From Gemmatimonadota bacterium (GTDB lineage Bacteria > Gemmatimonadota > Gemmatimonadetes > Palauibacterales > Palauibacteraceae): a DNA stretch of 64,000 bases. The stretch covers positions 416,001-480,000 of the forward strand of contig OZ220691.1 in the NCBI GenBank assembly GCA_965116475.1, given 5' to 3'. Numbering within the stretch: position 1 is the stretch's first letter; the number at the start of each line of letters is the position of its first letter. Both the position numbers and the translations under genes were made by a program. Under the pieces are notes generated by a model that saw nothing but the letters and a program-made list of their open reading frames with translations, was not told the DNA's origin and ran no database searches. This document shows, piece by piece, positions 25,377-35,276 of the stretch.

Positions 25377-26246
25377 ATGCTCCCCCGCCTCGTCGCCGAA
25401 GGTGATCCGTTGCGTTTATGGGCGTTGTCCGACCTGCACGTCTCCCATCCGGAAAACCGGGAGGCACTCGCGCGTCTGCCCGCCCGTCCCGACGACTGGC
25501 TGATCCTCGCCGGCGACGTCTCCCACGGTGCGCAGCGACTCGAGCAGTGCTTCGCCCAATTGACCCCGAAGTTCCGGCAGGTCGTCTGGGTCCCCGGAAA
25601 CCACGAGCTGTGGACGATTCCGGACGCGGCTCCCGGGCTCCGTGGCGTGGCCCTCTACGAGCACCTGGTCGCGGTCGCCCGCACCCACGGCGTGCTCACG
25701 CCGGAGGACCCCCATCCGGTGGTGGAACTGCCGGACGGACCGGTGCTGATCGCGCCGCTCTTCCTGCTCTACGACTACAGCTTTCGGCCCGGGCACGTAC
25801 GGCGTGATGGGGTGGTGCGGTGGGCCCGGGAAACCCGCGCGGTCTGCTCCGACGAAGTGATGCTGCACCCCGACCCGTTTCCGGACCGGGACTCGTGGTG
25901 CGCCGCACGCTGCGAGGACGCCGCCGCCCGGCTCGCGTCGGCTCCGGCCGACCTTCCCAAGCTCCTGGTCAATCACTATCCGCTCGAGGAGCGACACGCC
26001 GTGCTGCCGCGGATCCCCCGCTTCACGCCCTGGTGCGGGACCCGCCGGACGCGGGGTTGGCACCGGCGGTTCAACGCGTGCGCGGTGGTGTACGGTCACC
26101 TCCACATCCGGGACACCCACTGGCTCGATGGCGTGCCCTTCCAGGAGGTCTCGCTGGGGTATCCGGGACAGTGGGACCGCACGCGGGGGATCGGCGCCTA
26201 CCTGCGGGAAGTCACCCTGGCGCCCCGGGGCGCAACCGTCCGATGA
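25377..26246 (+). CDS. Calcineurin-like metallophosphoesterase, PptH (Rv2795c)-like
   Basis: WALSDLH, DDWLILAGDV, WVPGNHELWT, FLLYDYSF, VNHYP, WCGT, YGHLHI, FQEVSLGYP; start uncertain (25377 or 25410). Confidence 0.85.
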   Translation: MLPRLVAEGDPLRLWALSDLHVSHPENREALARLPARPDDWLILAGDVSHGAQRLEQCFAQLTPKFRQVVWVPGNHELWTIPDAAPGLRGVALYEHLVAVARTHGVLTPEDPHPVVELPDGPVLIAPLFLLYDYSFRPGHVRRDGVVRWARETRAVCSDEVMLHPDPFPDRDSWCAARCEDAAARLASAPADLPKLLVNHYPLEERHAVLPRIPRFTPWCGTRRTRGWHRRFNACAVVYGHLHIRDTHWLDGVPFQEVSLGYPGQWDRTRGIGAYLREVTLAPRGATVR

Positions 26247-26893
26247 CGAGCGCCATGCGGCACCGGGCGGAAGAAGGATGGGTCGAGGTCGTCGCCGGCG
26301 TCATGTTCAGCGGCAAGTCCGAGGAGCTGATCCGGCGCGTGCGGCGCGCCCTCATCGCCGGCCGGCGGGTCCAGCTCTTCAAATCCCACCTCGACGACCG
26401 CTACGGCGGCCGGTTTCACATCTCGTCCCACGACGGGCGGGAGATCGACGCCGAGCCCGTGTCCAGTTCCGTGGAGGTGGCCGAGAAGGTCCGCCCTTCC
26501 ACGCAGGTCGTCGCGATCGACGAGGCCCAGTTCCTGGACGACGGGATCTGCGAGGTCGTGGACGCGCTGGCCGATGCGGGGATGCGCGTCATCGCGGTCG
26601 GGACCGACATGGACTTCCGCGGCGAGCCCTTCGGCCCCATGGGTCTGCTCCTGGCGCGGGCGGAGCGGATCGACAAGCTGACCGCGATCTGCGTCGTGTG
26701 CGGCGACGCGGCGACGAGGAACCAGCGCCTCATCGACGGGAAGCCGGCGCCCGCCGAGGGCCCGACGATCCAGGTGGGGGGCGCCGAATCCTACGAGGCG
26801 CGCTGCCGCCGGTGCCACGACGTACCGCAGCGGGATCGCAGCCAGACGGAGCTGTCGCTGCGGCGCAAAACAGAGGGCTGGGAAGGCGTTTAG
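26243..26893 (+). CDS. tdk: Thymidine kinase
   Basis: GVMFSGKSEELIRR, IDEAQF, DMDFRGEPF, CVVC...YEARCRRC. Confidence 0.95.
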   Translation: MTSAMRHRAEEGWVEVVAGVMFSGKSEELIRRVRRALIAGRRVQLFKSHLDDRYGGRFHISSHDGREIDAEPVSSSVEVAEKVRPSTQVVAIDEAQFLDDGICEVVDALADAGMRVIAVGTDMDFRGEPFGPMGLLLARAERIDKLTAICVVCGDAATRNQRLIDGKPAPAEGPTIQVGGAESYEARCRRCHDVPQRDRSQTELSLRRKTEGWEGV

Positions 26894-26924
26894 CAGCCCA
26901 CCGTAAGAGCCCTGCGTCGGCCCG

Positions 26925-28703
26925 TCAGCCGCCGGGGATGCGGAGGATGGGATACGGCTCGCCGGGGCGCAGCCGGTCCGCGAGGAAGCCCCAGTTCGCG
27001 AAGCCGTCGTCCGACTGCGGCTCGAGCAGGCTGAAGAGCAGGCGTCCGAGCGGCCGGTCGGTCCGCGCCAGCATGTCTCCGGGGGCCGGTGTGACGCGCG
27101 CCGGCTCGTAGCTCCCGAAGAGCGTCTGCTCGTTGCGGCCCTGGAACGGCCGCTCGGCCGTCCGCACCGAGTCGATGCGGAAGGCTTCCACCTCCCACGG
27201 CGTCCCGCCCGCCGGCTCGAGCGCGATCCCGTGCGCGGCAAGCCGGATCAGGACATCTCCCAGCTCCGCGGGAATCAGGTAGGCCGCCGGCACGCGCTCG
27301 CGCAGCGTCGGCTCGAACGTCCCGTACTCGTACATCGTCTCCACGTACTGGGTATCGGCGCGCAGGAGCAGCGGCCTTCCGGTGAGGGGGTGCGCTTCCT
27401 CGATGGTGGCGCCCATGAGGATGTCGACCGGGGCGGCCGAGCGTTCGGGGACGGCGCGCAGCGCGAGCGAGTCGCCGGTCACTCCGGCGGCGTCGGCGGC
27501 CGCCACGATGCGCCGCACCTCCTCCGCGTGCTCATGGACGTAGTCGAGGATCTCCTCCACGAAGTACAGCGTCGCGAGCACGCGCTCCTCGAAAGACGCG
27601 TACGAGTAGGCCTCGCTCAGGATCGCGATCCGGTTGCGGAGGCCGATGTAGTTGTTGTTGAAGCGCGGGCGGTGGTCGAAGGTGTACCAGCCCGGCGCCT
27701 CCCCGCCGCGGGCGAACGCGTTCCCGTAGTAGTAGTACTCCCAGCCGTACTTCTCCCGGATCTCCCCGGTCACGTGGGGGAAGAGCCCCTCCCGCAGGAA
27801 ACCGTCGATCTCCGCCGGCGTGTTGGGGTGGAGCGGCGGAGAGTACGTGAGGTGATACGCGTGCCGGGTCCCGTTCGTCGTGTGCAGGTCGACGGCGACG
27901 TGCGGATCGTATTCGCGGAACAGCCGCGCCACCGACCGCGCCTCCGGCGAGTCGAGCTTCATGTGGTCGCGGTTGAGGTCGTAGCCCTGGGCGTTCGGCC
28001 GCTGGCCCATCCCGCCGACCGGCCCGTGCTGACGGCCGCGGTTCGTGAGGAGCACCCGCTCGTTGCCGTCCGCGTTGTAGATCGGCGCGATGAGCAGGAC
28101 CATCGACTCCCGCCATGCCCGGTGGCGACCGGCGAGGAGGTCGCGCAGCAGCATCTGGAGCGCCTCCTTCCCGCACACCTCGCCGGCGTGGATGTTGCCC
28201 TGCAGGTAGACGACCGTCTTGCCCGAAGCCTTCACGGCCTCCGGACTCGCGTCTTCGACGTCGCCCACCACGGCCATGGGGATCGGCCGCCCCTCGTTCG
28301 TATAGCCGTACGTCGTGTAGTGGACCGACGCATCGCTCGCCGCGGCGCGCTCCAGGAAGTCCACCACCTCGGCGTACGAACTGGTTTCCCGATATGCCGT
28401 CCGCTCCGCGCGGGTCAGAAACCCCTCGCCCGCCGGCGCCGACCCCCCGCACCCCGCCACCGCAACCGCCACCGACCCGAGTAGGAGGTATTTTCGCGCC
28501 ATTGCCCTGTACCGGGGATCGTCGCGGTTCGCGGCTCGAAACTGCCCTCTCCATCGCGCCGAGAAGGGAGCATCCTCAGCCTGAATCATCTCCTTCAGCG
28601 ACGCCTCGACGAGCGATGAAACGGAGACCCCCCGTCTGCGCGCGTATCGCTTGGCAGTTCGTGCTACCTCGGAGTTGACCGTGACCGTGAGTCTGATCTT
28701 CAT
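26925..28703 (-). CDS. M14 zinc carboxypeptidase lipoprotein, in frame with an N-terminal RHH antitoxin-like (DUF6364-like) domain; alternative start ATG 28502
   Basis: NIHAGEVCGKE, YNADGNE, DLNRD, DLHTTNG; lipobox VAGC after MARKYLLLGSVAVA; N-terminal MKIRLTVTVN...AKRYARRRGVSVSSLVE. Confidence 0.85.
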   Translation of the reverse strand: MKIRLTVTVNSEVARTAKRYARRRGVSVSSLVEASLKEMIQAEDAPFSARWRGQFRAANRDDPRYRAMARKYLLLGSVAVAVAGCGGSAPAGEGFLTRAERTAYRETSSYAEVVDFLERAAASDASVHYTTYGYTNEGRPIPMAVVGDVEDASPEAVKASGKTVVYLQGNIHAGEVCGKEALQMLLRDLLAGRHRAWRESMVLLIAPIYNADGNERVLLTNRGRQHGPVGGMGQRPNAQGYDLNRDHMKLDSPEARSVARLFREYDPHVAVDLHTTNGTRHAYHLTYSPPLHPNTPAEIDGFLREGLFPHVTGEIREKYGWEYYYYGNAFARGGEAPGWYTFDHRPRFNNNYIGLRNRIAILSEAYSYASFEERVLATLYFVEEILDYVHEHAEEVRRIVAAADAAGVTGDSLALRAVPERSAAPVDILMGATIEEAHPLTGRPLLLRADTQYVETMYEYGTFEPTLRERVPAAYLIPAELGDVLIRLAAHGIALEPAGGTPWEVEAFRIDSVRTAERPFQGRNEQTLFGSYEPARVTPAPGDMLARTDRPLGRLLFSLLEPQSDDGFANWGFLADRLRPGEPYPILRIPGG

Positions 28704-28851
28704 TCCTCACCTTCCAGAGGCATGTATACGTGCCGTTGATAACTAGACGTATATCCGAGGAAGGACGAAAGGAGCCGGCCTCCATCGGAATGGCTCAAGG
28801 CAGGATGCAGTCTTCGAGGCCGGCACCGATAGGCAACTCGATTGCCCCCAA

Positions 28852-28877
28852 TGCGGCACTGCCGCACATTGCCAATG
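28852..28877. promoter_or_regulatory. Tandem palindromes TGCGGCA-C-TGCCGCA and CATTG-C-CAATG overlapping the toxin start, putative TA operator
   Basis: Read directly from the sequence. Confidence 0.45.
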
Positions 28878-29207
28878 CGAATCCATACTACGCGAACCTA
28901 CGAACGCGCCGTGCGAAAGCTCTTGTCGAAGGCGGACCGGCAGGCGATGGAAGCAGCTATCGTCGCCGACCCGGTGGCTGCACCCGTTGTCCAGGGAACC
29001 GGAGGACTTCGCAAGTTGCGCTGGGCAGGCTCGGGGAGGGGCAAGCGGGGGGGCATCCGCACGATCTATTTCCGTCAAGCAGGTCCGGAAGCAATCTACC
29101 TGTTGACCGCCTACGCGAAGGCGGACCGGGAAGATCTGAGTCGAGCGGACAAGAAGGTGCTGACACGGATCGTTGCCGCGATCAAGGAGGAGGAACGACA
29201 CCGATGA
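28875..29207 (+). CDS. RelE/HigB-family toxin
   Basis: GTGGLRKLRW...GKRGGIRTIY, YLLTAYAK; toxin-first order. Confidence 0.88.
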   Translation: MRIHTTRTYERAVRKLLSKADRQAMEAAIVADPVAAPVVQGTGGLRKLRWAGSGRGKRGGIRTIYFRQAGPEAIYLLTAYAKADREDLSRADKKVLTRIVAAIKEEERHR

Positions 29208-29509
29208 CGAACCGGCGAACCGACTTGGGACGGGAGGTGGAGGCGGCGCTTGAAGAAGTGCTCGCCCATGTCCGCGGCCAAACGCGGCTTCCCTGTCGCA
29301 TCGTCGACGACCCCGCCGCCGAGCACATCGTGGCGCTACGCAAGCGCATGAAGTTGAGCCGCAAGAAGTTTGCGGACAGCTTCGGTCTGGATGCCCGCGC
29401 GGTACAGGAGTGGGAACAGGGGCGACGGGTCCCGGACCGCGCCGCTCGCGTCCTGCTCACAGTAATCGACCGCGATCCCGAGGCGGTGATACGCGCCCTC
29501 GGTAGGTAG
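29204..29509 (+). CDS. HigA-like XRE HTH antitoxin
   Basis: LRKRMKLSRKKFA...VQEWEQGRRVP; ATGA overlap with the toxin. Confidence 0.88.
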   Translation: MTNRRTDLGREVEAALEEVLAHVRGQTRLPCRIVDDPAAEHIVALRKRMKLSRKKFADSFGLDARAVQEWEQGRRVPDRAARVLLTVIDRDPEAVIRALGR

Positions 29510-29524
29510 GGGTGTAACCTCCTG

Positions 29525-30274
29525 CTATTCCTCCTGACCGAGCCGGTCGGCCCAGGCGACCGCGCTCGCGGCCATCTCATCGGCGACCTCCTCGTTCGTG
29601 CGGGGGCTGCGCTTGAGGACGCGGAAGGAGTGGTCGGCGCCCTCGAGCTGCTGGAGCGTGGCGCGCGGGCCGAGCGCGTCGCACGTCTGTTCGATCAGGT
29701 CCCAGCGGGCGAGCGCGTCGCGCGTCCCCTGCTGAAAGAGCATCGGCACCGTGACGTCGCTCAGGTGGGCCGCCCGCTCGGCGGCGCGCTCCGGACGGCC
29801 GGGCGCGTGGAGGGGGAAGCCGAAGAAGACGAGACCGCGCACGCCCGGCAGCGGTGCCTCGGAGGCGGCCGTCGACGTCATGCGGCCGCCCATCGACTTG
29901 CCGCCCGCCAGGAGCGGCAGTCCATCGGCCAGACGCCCGGCCCTCGCGACCGCGGCCCGCACCGTGTCGACGAGGATGTGCGGCCGGTCGGGGGGACGGC
30001 GGCGGCCCGAGAGAGCGCGCGCCTCCATGTAGGGGAAGTGGTAGCGAAAGGTCGCGATCCCCTGCCCCGCCAGGCGCTGCGCCATGTCGGACATGAACGG
30101 GTGCTCGATCCCCGCCCCGGCCCCGTGCGCGAAGGCGAGCATGGCACGCGGCTCGGGCGGGCGCACGAGCAGCGCGGACACTTCGCTCACGCGGAGGGAA
30201 ACGAACTGGGCCTGCTCGGGAAAGCGGTGCGTCTCGCCGACCTCGCCCGCCGCGCGGGGAGCAGGCCGACTCAC
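29525..30274 (-). CDS. Alpha/beta hydrolase family protein
   Basis: AHGAGAG, GGKSMGG nucleophile elbow, GFPLH, QGTRD, GADHSF; GTG 30274 overlaps the MFS stop. Confidence 0.85.
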   Translation of the reverse strand: MSRPAPRAAGEVGETHRFPEQAQFVSLRVSEVSALLVRPPEPRAMLAFAHGAGAGIEHPFMSDMAQRLAGQGIATFRYHFPYMEARALSGRRRPPDRPHILVDTVRAAVARAGRLADGLPLLAGGKSMGGRMTSTAASEAPLPGVRGLVFFGFPLHAPGRPERAAERAAHLSDVTVPMLFQQGTRDALARWDLIEQTCDALGPRATLQQLEGADHSFRVLKRSPRTNEEVADEMAASAVAWADRLGQEE

Positions 30275-31536
30275 GGAGACTTCGTGTCCGGCTGATCCCG
30301 CGGCTCGTGCGCCGCGACCGGGCCCGTCCAGCGGTCGGTGGGGTCGAGTTTTTCCTCCGCCGTGGGATCGCGCGGCGCCGGAATCCGGAGCGCCAGCCAC
30401 AGGGCGATGGCGGAAGCCGCGGCCCCGACGAGGAACGGGCTCTCGATCGTGTACAGTTCGAACAGCCAACCCGCCGCCAGCGGCGCCAGCACGCGGCCCA
30501 ACCCCCCGGCGAGCTGGCTTCCCCCGAGCACGGAACCCTGCGAGTGCTCGTCCGTGTTTCGGGAGATCAGGGCGTGAAGCGATGGGAAGATGAGCCCCGT
30601 CGCCGCCGCCCAGCTCGGCACAAGGAGCCAGAGTTGCCAGCGGTCGACCAGGAACGGGATGGCGCCGACGCCCAGGGCGAGCAGCGCGCACCCGGCGCGC
30701 ACGGTGTTCGGTTCGCCGAAGCGCTTCACGATCCGACCCACGAGCCCGCCGCGCACGATCACCGTGACGCCCCCCGCGAGCGTGAACACGAGACCCATGT
30801 CCGCCGCCGTCATCGCGAACACGCGCTCGGTGTAGAGGGCCAGGACCGACGTCATCGAGGTGAAGCAGGCGAGCGTCAGGAAATACACCGCCAGGAGCAG
30901 CCACAGGGGAAACCGCGTCAGGGAGCCCAGCCACATGCCGACGGTCGCGGCCTCCCCCTTTGACGCGTCGGCCCGGCCGGAGCGGAAGTGTCGCGACTCC
31001 GGCAGCAGCACCATCGCTGCCATCAGGTTCAGCAGGCACAGCCCTCCGGCGACGTAGCCCGGCGCCCCCAGCCCGAAGCGGCTGAAGAAGCCCCCGATCG
31101 CCGGGCCGAGCATGATCCCGAGGCCGGACGCGGCCCCGATGAAGCCGAGCCCCCGGGCCCGTTCCTCGCCCTCCGTCGAGTCCGCGACGTACGCCTGCGC
31201 GATCCCGAGCGTCCCGCCGGCGGCGCCCGCCGTCGCGCGCGAGACGAGCAGCAGCCACAGGTTGTCGGCGAGCGCGAACAGTAGATACGAGAGCGCCGAC
31301 GCCAGAAGCCCGATGAGGAGGAGCCGGCGGCGTCCCACGCGGTCGGAGAACCTGCCCCATATCGGCGCCGAAACGAGTTGTGTGATGGAGAACGAGGCGA
31401 TGATGAGGGTGACCCAGCGCGGGGAAGCCCCAAGTTCCTCGGCGTAGAACGGGAGCAGCGGGAGCACGATGCCGAAGCCCATCATGTCCACCATCACCGT
31501 CCCGAACAGGACGCCGAGCCCGGAGCGTCTCAGCAT
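30271..31536 (-). CDS. MFS transporter (TetA/DHA1-like)
   Basis: DMMGFGIVLPLLP, GRFSDRVGRR motif A, AYVAD, GPAIGG; ~12 hydrophobic segments. Confidence 0.92.
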   Translation of the reverse strand: MLRRSGLGVLFGTVMVDMMGFGIVLPLLPFYAEELGASPRWVTLIIASFSITQLVSAPIWGRFSDRVGRRRLLLIGLLASALSYLLFALADNLWLLLVSRATAGAAGGTLGIAQAYVADSTEGEERARGLGFIGAASGLGIMLGPAIGGFFSRFGLGAPGYVAGGLCLLNLMAAMVLLPESRHFRSGRADASKGEAATVGMWLGSLTRFPLWLLLAVYFLTLACFTSMTSVLALYTERVFAMTAADMGLVFTLAGGVTVIVRGGLVGRIVKRFGEPNTVRAGCALLALGVGAIPFLVDRWQLWLLVPSWAAATGLIFPSLHALISRNTDEHSQGSVLGGSQLAGGLGRVLAPLAAGWLFELYTIESPFLVGAAASAIALWLALRIPAPRDPTAEEKLDPTDRWTGPVAAHEPRDQPDTKSP

Positions 31537-31859
31537 GCGGTTGCGGCGGTCATCCCGTGCTTCAAGCCGAACTCCTCCCTGCTCGGACCGTGCCCGGACC
31601 GGGTCGGCCGCGGGCGCGAGGCGCGGCGCGGATTCGGCCGCGTCGACGCTGTGCTCACGACACCCCGGACGATCCCCGCGTTGCGCTTCCGGCAGCGGAG
31701 GCCGCGGCGCAAAAACTCACTGTCCGTCGGGTGGGAGCGGGGATAGTTTGCCCCTCCACCGGCCGCCGGGGACAGCCCCGGGTCCCGGAACGCCCGTGGG
31801 ACGGCCGCCGGCAATCTTCAGACTCCATCTTCAGAACGGTTTTCAAGGGGAAGGGATTC

Positions 31860-32654
31860 ATGGCTGACACGCTGATTCGATTTGCGGCCGAGGACGGCGT
31901 CGCGGTCTTCACGATCGACGACCCGCCCGCGAACACATACACGTACGAGATGATGCGCGACCTGGACGACGCGATCCTGCGCGCGCGCTTCGACGAAAAC
32001 GTCCACGTCATCGTCATCCGGGGCGAGGGGGACAGGTTCTTCTCCGCCGGGGCGAACATCAAGATGCTCCAGACCTCGGACCCCTACTTCAAGTACTTCT
32101 TCTGCCTGCACGCGAACGAGACGCTGACCCGCCTCGAGCACACGCCGAAGCTCGTCATCGGCGCCTTGAACGGGCACACGGTCGGGGGCGGCCTCGAGAT
32201 CGCGCTCGCCTGCGACATCCGGATCGCCCGCCGGGACGCGGGGAAGATCGGGCTGCCGGAGGTGAACCTCGGCGTCCTCCCGGGGACCGGCGGGACGCAG
32301 CGGCTCGGCCGGCTGCTCGGGAAGCCGAAGGCCATCGAGTTGATGGCGGAGGGCCGCACGTTCGGATTCGAGGAAGCGCTGGAACTCGGGCTCGTGAACA
32401 AGGTGTTCGACGGGGATGACGAGGAGTTCGACGCGCAGGTGATGGAGTACGCGCGACAGTTCACGCCGCCCCACAAGGCGTCGCGCGCGGTGGGGCGCAT
32501 CAAGCGGTCGGTGTGCAGCGGCGTCGAGGTGCCCTTCTCCGAAGGCCTCGCGATCGAGCGCGAGCTGCAGCAACTCCTCTTCCAGGGGGACGACGCGCGC
32601 GAGGGTCTCGCGGCCTACGTCGAGCGGCGCGCGCCGGAGTTCGCGGGCCGCTAG
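31860..32654 (+). CDS. Enoyl-CoA hydratase/isomerase family protein
   Basis: FFSAGANI, GGGLEIALACD, GLPEVNLGVLPGTGGTQRL; ATG 31860 after GGAAGGGA. Confidence 0.9.
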   Translation: MADTLIRFAAEDGVAVFTIDDPPANTYTYEMMRDLDDAILRARFDENVHVIVIRGEGDRFFSAGANIKMLQTSDPYFKYFFCLHANETLTRLEHTPKLVIGALNGHTVGGGLEIALACDIRIARRDAGKIGLPEVNLGVLPGTGGTQRLGRLLGKPKAIELMAEGRTFGFEEALELGLVNKVFDGDDEEFDAQVMEYARQFTPPHKASRAVGRIKRSVCSGVEVPFSEGLAIERELQQLLFQGDDAREGLAAYVERRAPEFAGR

Positions 32655-32711
32655 GGCACGGCGGATCGGGCCGGGACGGCGGGCACCGGGAGGAGCGCGA
32701 TGAGAAGCGCG

Positions 32712-33932
32712 ATGAGCGAGGCCGACCGCACTCCGGTCATCATCGACGCCGTGCGCACGCCGGTGGGGCGCGCGGGCGGCGCGCTCTCGTCGATCCGCGC
32801 CGACGACCTCCTGGCGCACGCGATCCGCGCCCTCGTCGAGCGGACGGGCGTGCCGGCCGGCCGCGTCGAGGACGTGATCGCCGGGTGCACGAACCAGGCC
32901 GGCGAGGACAACCGCAACGTGGCCCGGATGGCCGGGCTGCTGGCCGGACTTCCCGTCGAGGTCGCGGGCCAGACCGTGAACCGGCTCTGCGGCTCGGGGC
33001 TGCAGGCGGTCGTCACGGCGGCGCACGCGATCCGGGCCGGCGAAGGCGACGTGTTCATCGCGGGCGGGGTCGAGAGCATGTCCCGGGCGCCGTGGGTCAT
33101 GCTGAAGACGGACCGGGCCTTCTCGCGCGTGCCGCCGCGCCTCGCGGACACGACCGTCGGGTGGCGCTTCGCGAACCCCGCCATGCCGGAGCCGTGGACG
33201 ATCCCGCTCGCCGAGACCGCGGAGGTCGTGGCGGAGGACCACGGCGTCGGGCGCGGGGCGCAGGACGCGTTCGCGGTGGAGAGCCAGCGCCGCGCCGCGG
33301 CCGCGCTCGAGGCGGACCGGTTCGCGGACGAGATCGTGCCGGTCGAGGTCCCCCGCCGGAAGGGCGACCCGCTGCGGGTGGGGGGCGATGAGCACCCGCG
33401 CCCCGGCACGACCGTTGAACAGCTCGCCCGCCTGCGCGCCGCCTTCCGGGCGGACGGCACCGTGACGGCGGGGAACGCCTCCGGCATCAACGACGGGGCC
33501 GCCGCCGTCCTCATTGCGAGCCGAGCCGCCGCAAACGAACTCGGCCTCGAGCCGCTGGCAACCGTGGGGGCCTCGGCGGTCGCCGGCGTGGAGCCGCAGC
33601 GAATGGGCATCGGGCCCGTTCCCGCCACCCGCAAAGCGCTGGCGAGAGCGGAACTTACGGTCGATGACCTCGACCTGATTGAACTCAACGAGGCGTTCGC
33701 CGCACAGGCGCTGCCCTGCATCGCCGAACTCGGACTCGATCCGGCGCGCGTGAACGTGAACGGAGGCGCGATCGCGCTCGGCCACCCCCTCGGCTGTACC
33801 GGCGCCAAGATCCTCACGACGCTCGTCCACGAGATGCGGCGGCGGGACGCGTCCCACGGGCTCGTCACGATGTGCATCGGCGTCGGCCAGGGCATCGCGC
33901 TGCTCGTGCACCGCGACGGGGAGGCGGCGTGA
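32712..33932 (+). CDS. Acetyl-CoA C-acyltransferase (PaaJ/PcaF-like thiolase)
   Basis: NQAGEDNRNVARM, NRLCGSG, NEAFA, GHPLG, CIGVGQG; start 32700 or 32712. Confidence 0.92.
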   Translation: MSEADRTPVIIDAVRTPVGRAGGALSSIRADDLLAHAIRALVERTGVPAGRVEDVIAGCTNQAGEDNRNVARMAGLLAGLPVEVAGQTVNRLCGSGLQAVVTAAHAIRAGEGDVFIAGGVESMSRAPWVMLKTDRAFSRVPPRLADTTVGWRFANPAMPEPWTIPLAETAEVVAEDHGVGRGAQDAFAVESQRRAAAALEADRFADEIVPVEVPRRKGDPLRVGGDEHPRPGTTVEQLARLRAAFRADGTVTAGNASGINDGAAAVLIASRAAANELGLEPLATVGASAVAGVEPQRMGIGPVPATRKALARAELTVDDLDLIELNEAFAAQALPCIAELGLDPARVNVNGGAIALGHPLGCTGAKILTTLVHEMRRRDASHGLVTMCIGVGQGIALLVHRDGEAA

Positions 33933-34765
33933 GCGAGGCGCGCGTCCTGATCGAGGTCGAGGACGGCGTCGGGACGCTCACGCTGAACCGGCCGGCCAAG
34001 CTCAACGCGTTCATCGGCGAGATGCGGAGCGAGATCGCCGGCGGGATCGAGGCGCTCGGCGCGGACGACGACGTGCGCGCGGTCATCATCACCGGGGCCG
34101 GGCGGGCGTTCTGCGCCGGCGCCGACGTCAAGTACCTCACCCGGCTCATCGAAACGCGGGCCATCGACGAAGCCGTCTCCCTCGTGGAGGCGGGACGCCG
34201 GGTGGCGGCGGCCATCCGGGGGATGCCCAAGCCCGTGATCGCCGCGATCAACGGGCCGGCGGCGGGCGGCGGCGCGAACCTCGCCCTCGCCTGCGATCTC
34301 CGGCTCGCCGCCGAGACGGCGTCGATCGGCCAGACGTTCAACCGCATCGGCCTCCACCCGGACTGGAGCGGGACCTACGCAGTGCCCCGTCTCGTGGGTC
34401 CGGCGCGCGCGGCGGAACTCTTCTTCTTCGCGGAGATGGTTCCGGCCGCCGAGTGCGAGCGCATCGGCCTCGTGAACCGCGTCGTGCCCGCGGGCGAACT
34501 CATGCCGCTGGCCCGGGAGTGGGGGCGCACGCTGGCGCGGAAGCCGGCGCTGCCCCTCCGACTCGCGAAGGAGGCGGTGCAGCGCTCCCTGTCGTCCAGC
34601 TTCGAGGAGATGCTCGACTACGAGGTGGCGGCGCAGAAGGCCTGCTTCGAGTCCGCGGACGCGCTCGAAGGGGTCCGGGCCTTCGTCGAGAAGCGCGCGC
34701 CGCGGTTCGGACGCAGAGGCAACGACGAAAACCCGGAAGCGACGGAGGCGGATACACGTGTCTGA
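33929..34765 (+). CDS. Enoyl-CoA hydratase/isomerase (PaaG-like)
   Basis: LNRPAKLNA, AFCAGAD, AAGGGANLALACD, IGLHPD; GTGA overlap. Confidence 0.88.
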   Translation: MSEARVLIEVEDGVGTLTLNRPAKLNAFIGEMRSEIAGGIEALGADDDVRAVIITGAGRAFCAGADVKYLTRLIETRAIDEAVSLVEAGRRVAAAIRGMPKPVIAAINGPAAGGGANLALACDLRLAAETASIGQTFNRIGLHPDWSGTYAVPRLVGPARAAELFFFAEMVPAAECERIGLVNRVVPAGELMPLAREWGRTLARKPALPLRLAKEAVQRSLSSSFEEMLDYEVAAQKACFESADALEGVRAFVEKRAPRFGRRGNDENPEATEADTRV

Positions 34766-35276
34766 GACCGTCACGGTACGACCGGCACGGGTGGGCGACA
34801 TCGATGAACTCGTCGCGATGTGGACCCGGTACATGCGGATTCACGCCCTCAACCCCGCCTACCGGCGGCTGCGCACGGATGCAATCGAGACGCGCGCGGG
34901 CATGTTCCGCCGTCACATCGAAGAGGCCACGAGCGTCGTGTTCGTGCTTGAGGCGGACGACGGCGGCCTCGACGGCATGCTCGTTTGCTTCGTGGAGGAG
35001 AACGAACCCCTGTTCGATCCGCCGCGCTACGTGCGCATCCAGACCCCGTTCGTACGGCGGGAGGAGCGGCGCAAGGGGAACCTGCGGCGCCTGCTGCGCG
35101 CGGCCTTCGAGTGGGCGGCGGACTGGGACATCCACGAGGTGCGCCTGTTCACCGGGGCGGACAACCTGATCGCGAACGCGCTCGCCGATGACCTCGGCTT
35201 CGAGGCCATCGAGGTCGTGCGCCGCTGCTCGCTCCGCCCCGAACCGGAAATGAACCCGGAGGACTGGCTCGAATGA
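34758..35276 (+). CDS. GNAT-family N-acetyltransferase
   Basis: VRPARVGD N-terminus, FVRREERRKG motif A, N..A...LGF; overlaps both neighbours. Confidence 0.75.
   Translation: MSETVTVRPARVGDIDELVAMWTRYMRIHALNPAYRRLRTDAIETRAGMFRRHIEEATSVVFVLEADDGGLDGMLVCFVEENEPLFDPPRYVRIQTPFVRREERRKGNLRRLLRAAFEWAADWDIHEVRLFTGADNLIANALADDLGFEAIEVVRRCSLRPEPEMNPEDWLE

Noticed and set aside
29525..31360. 611-aa ORF as one protein
   Set aside because: Only the last 249 aa (from GTG 30274) are a hydrolase; the rest is an alternative frame over the MFS gene.
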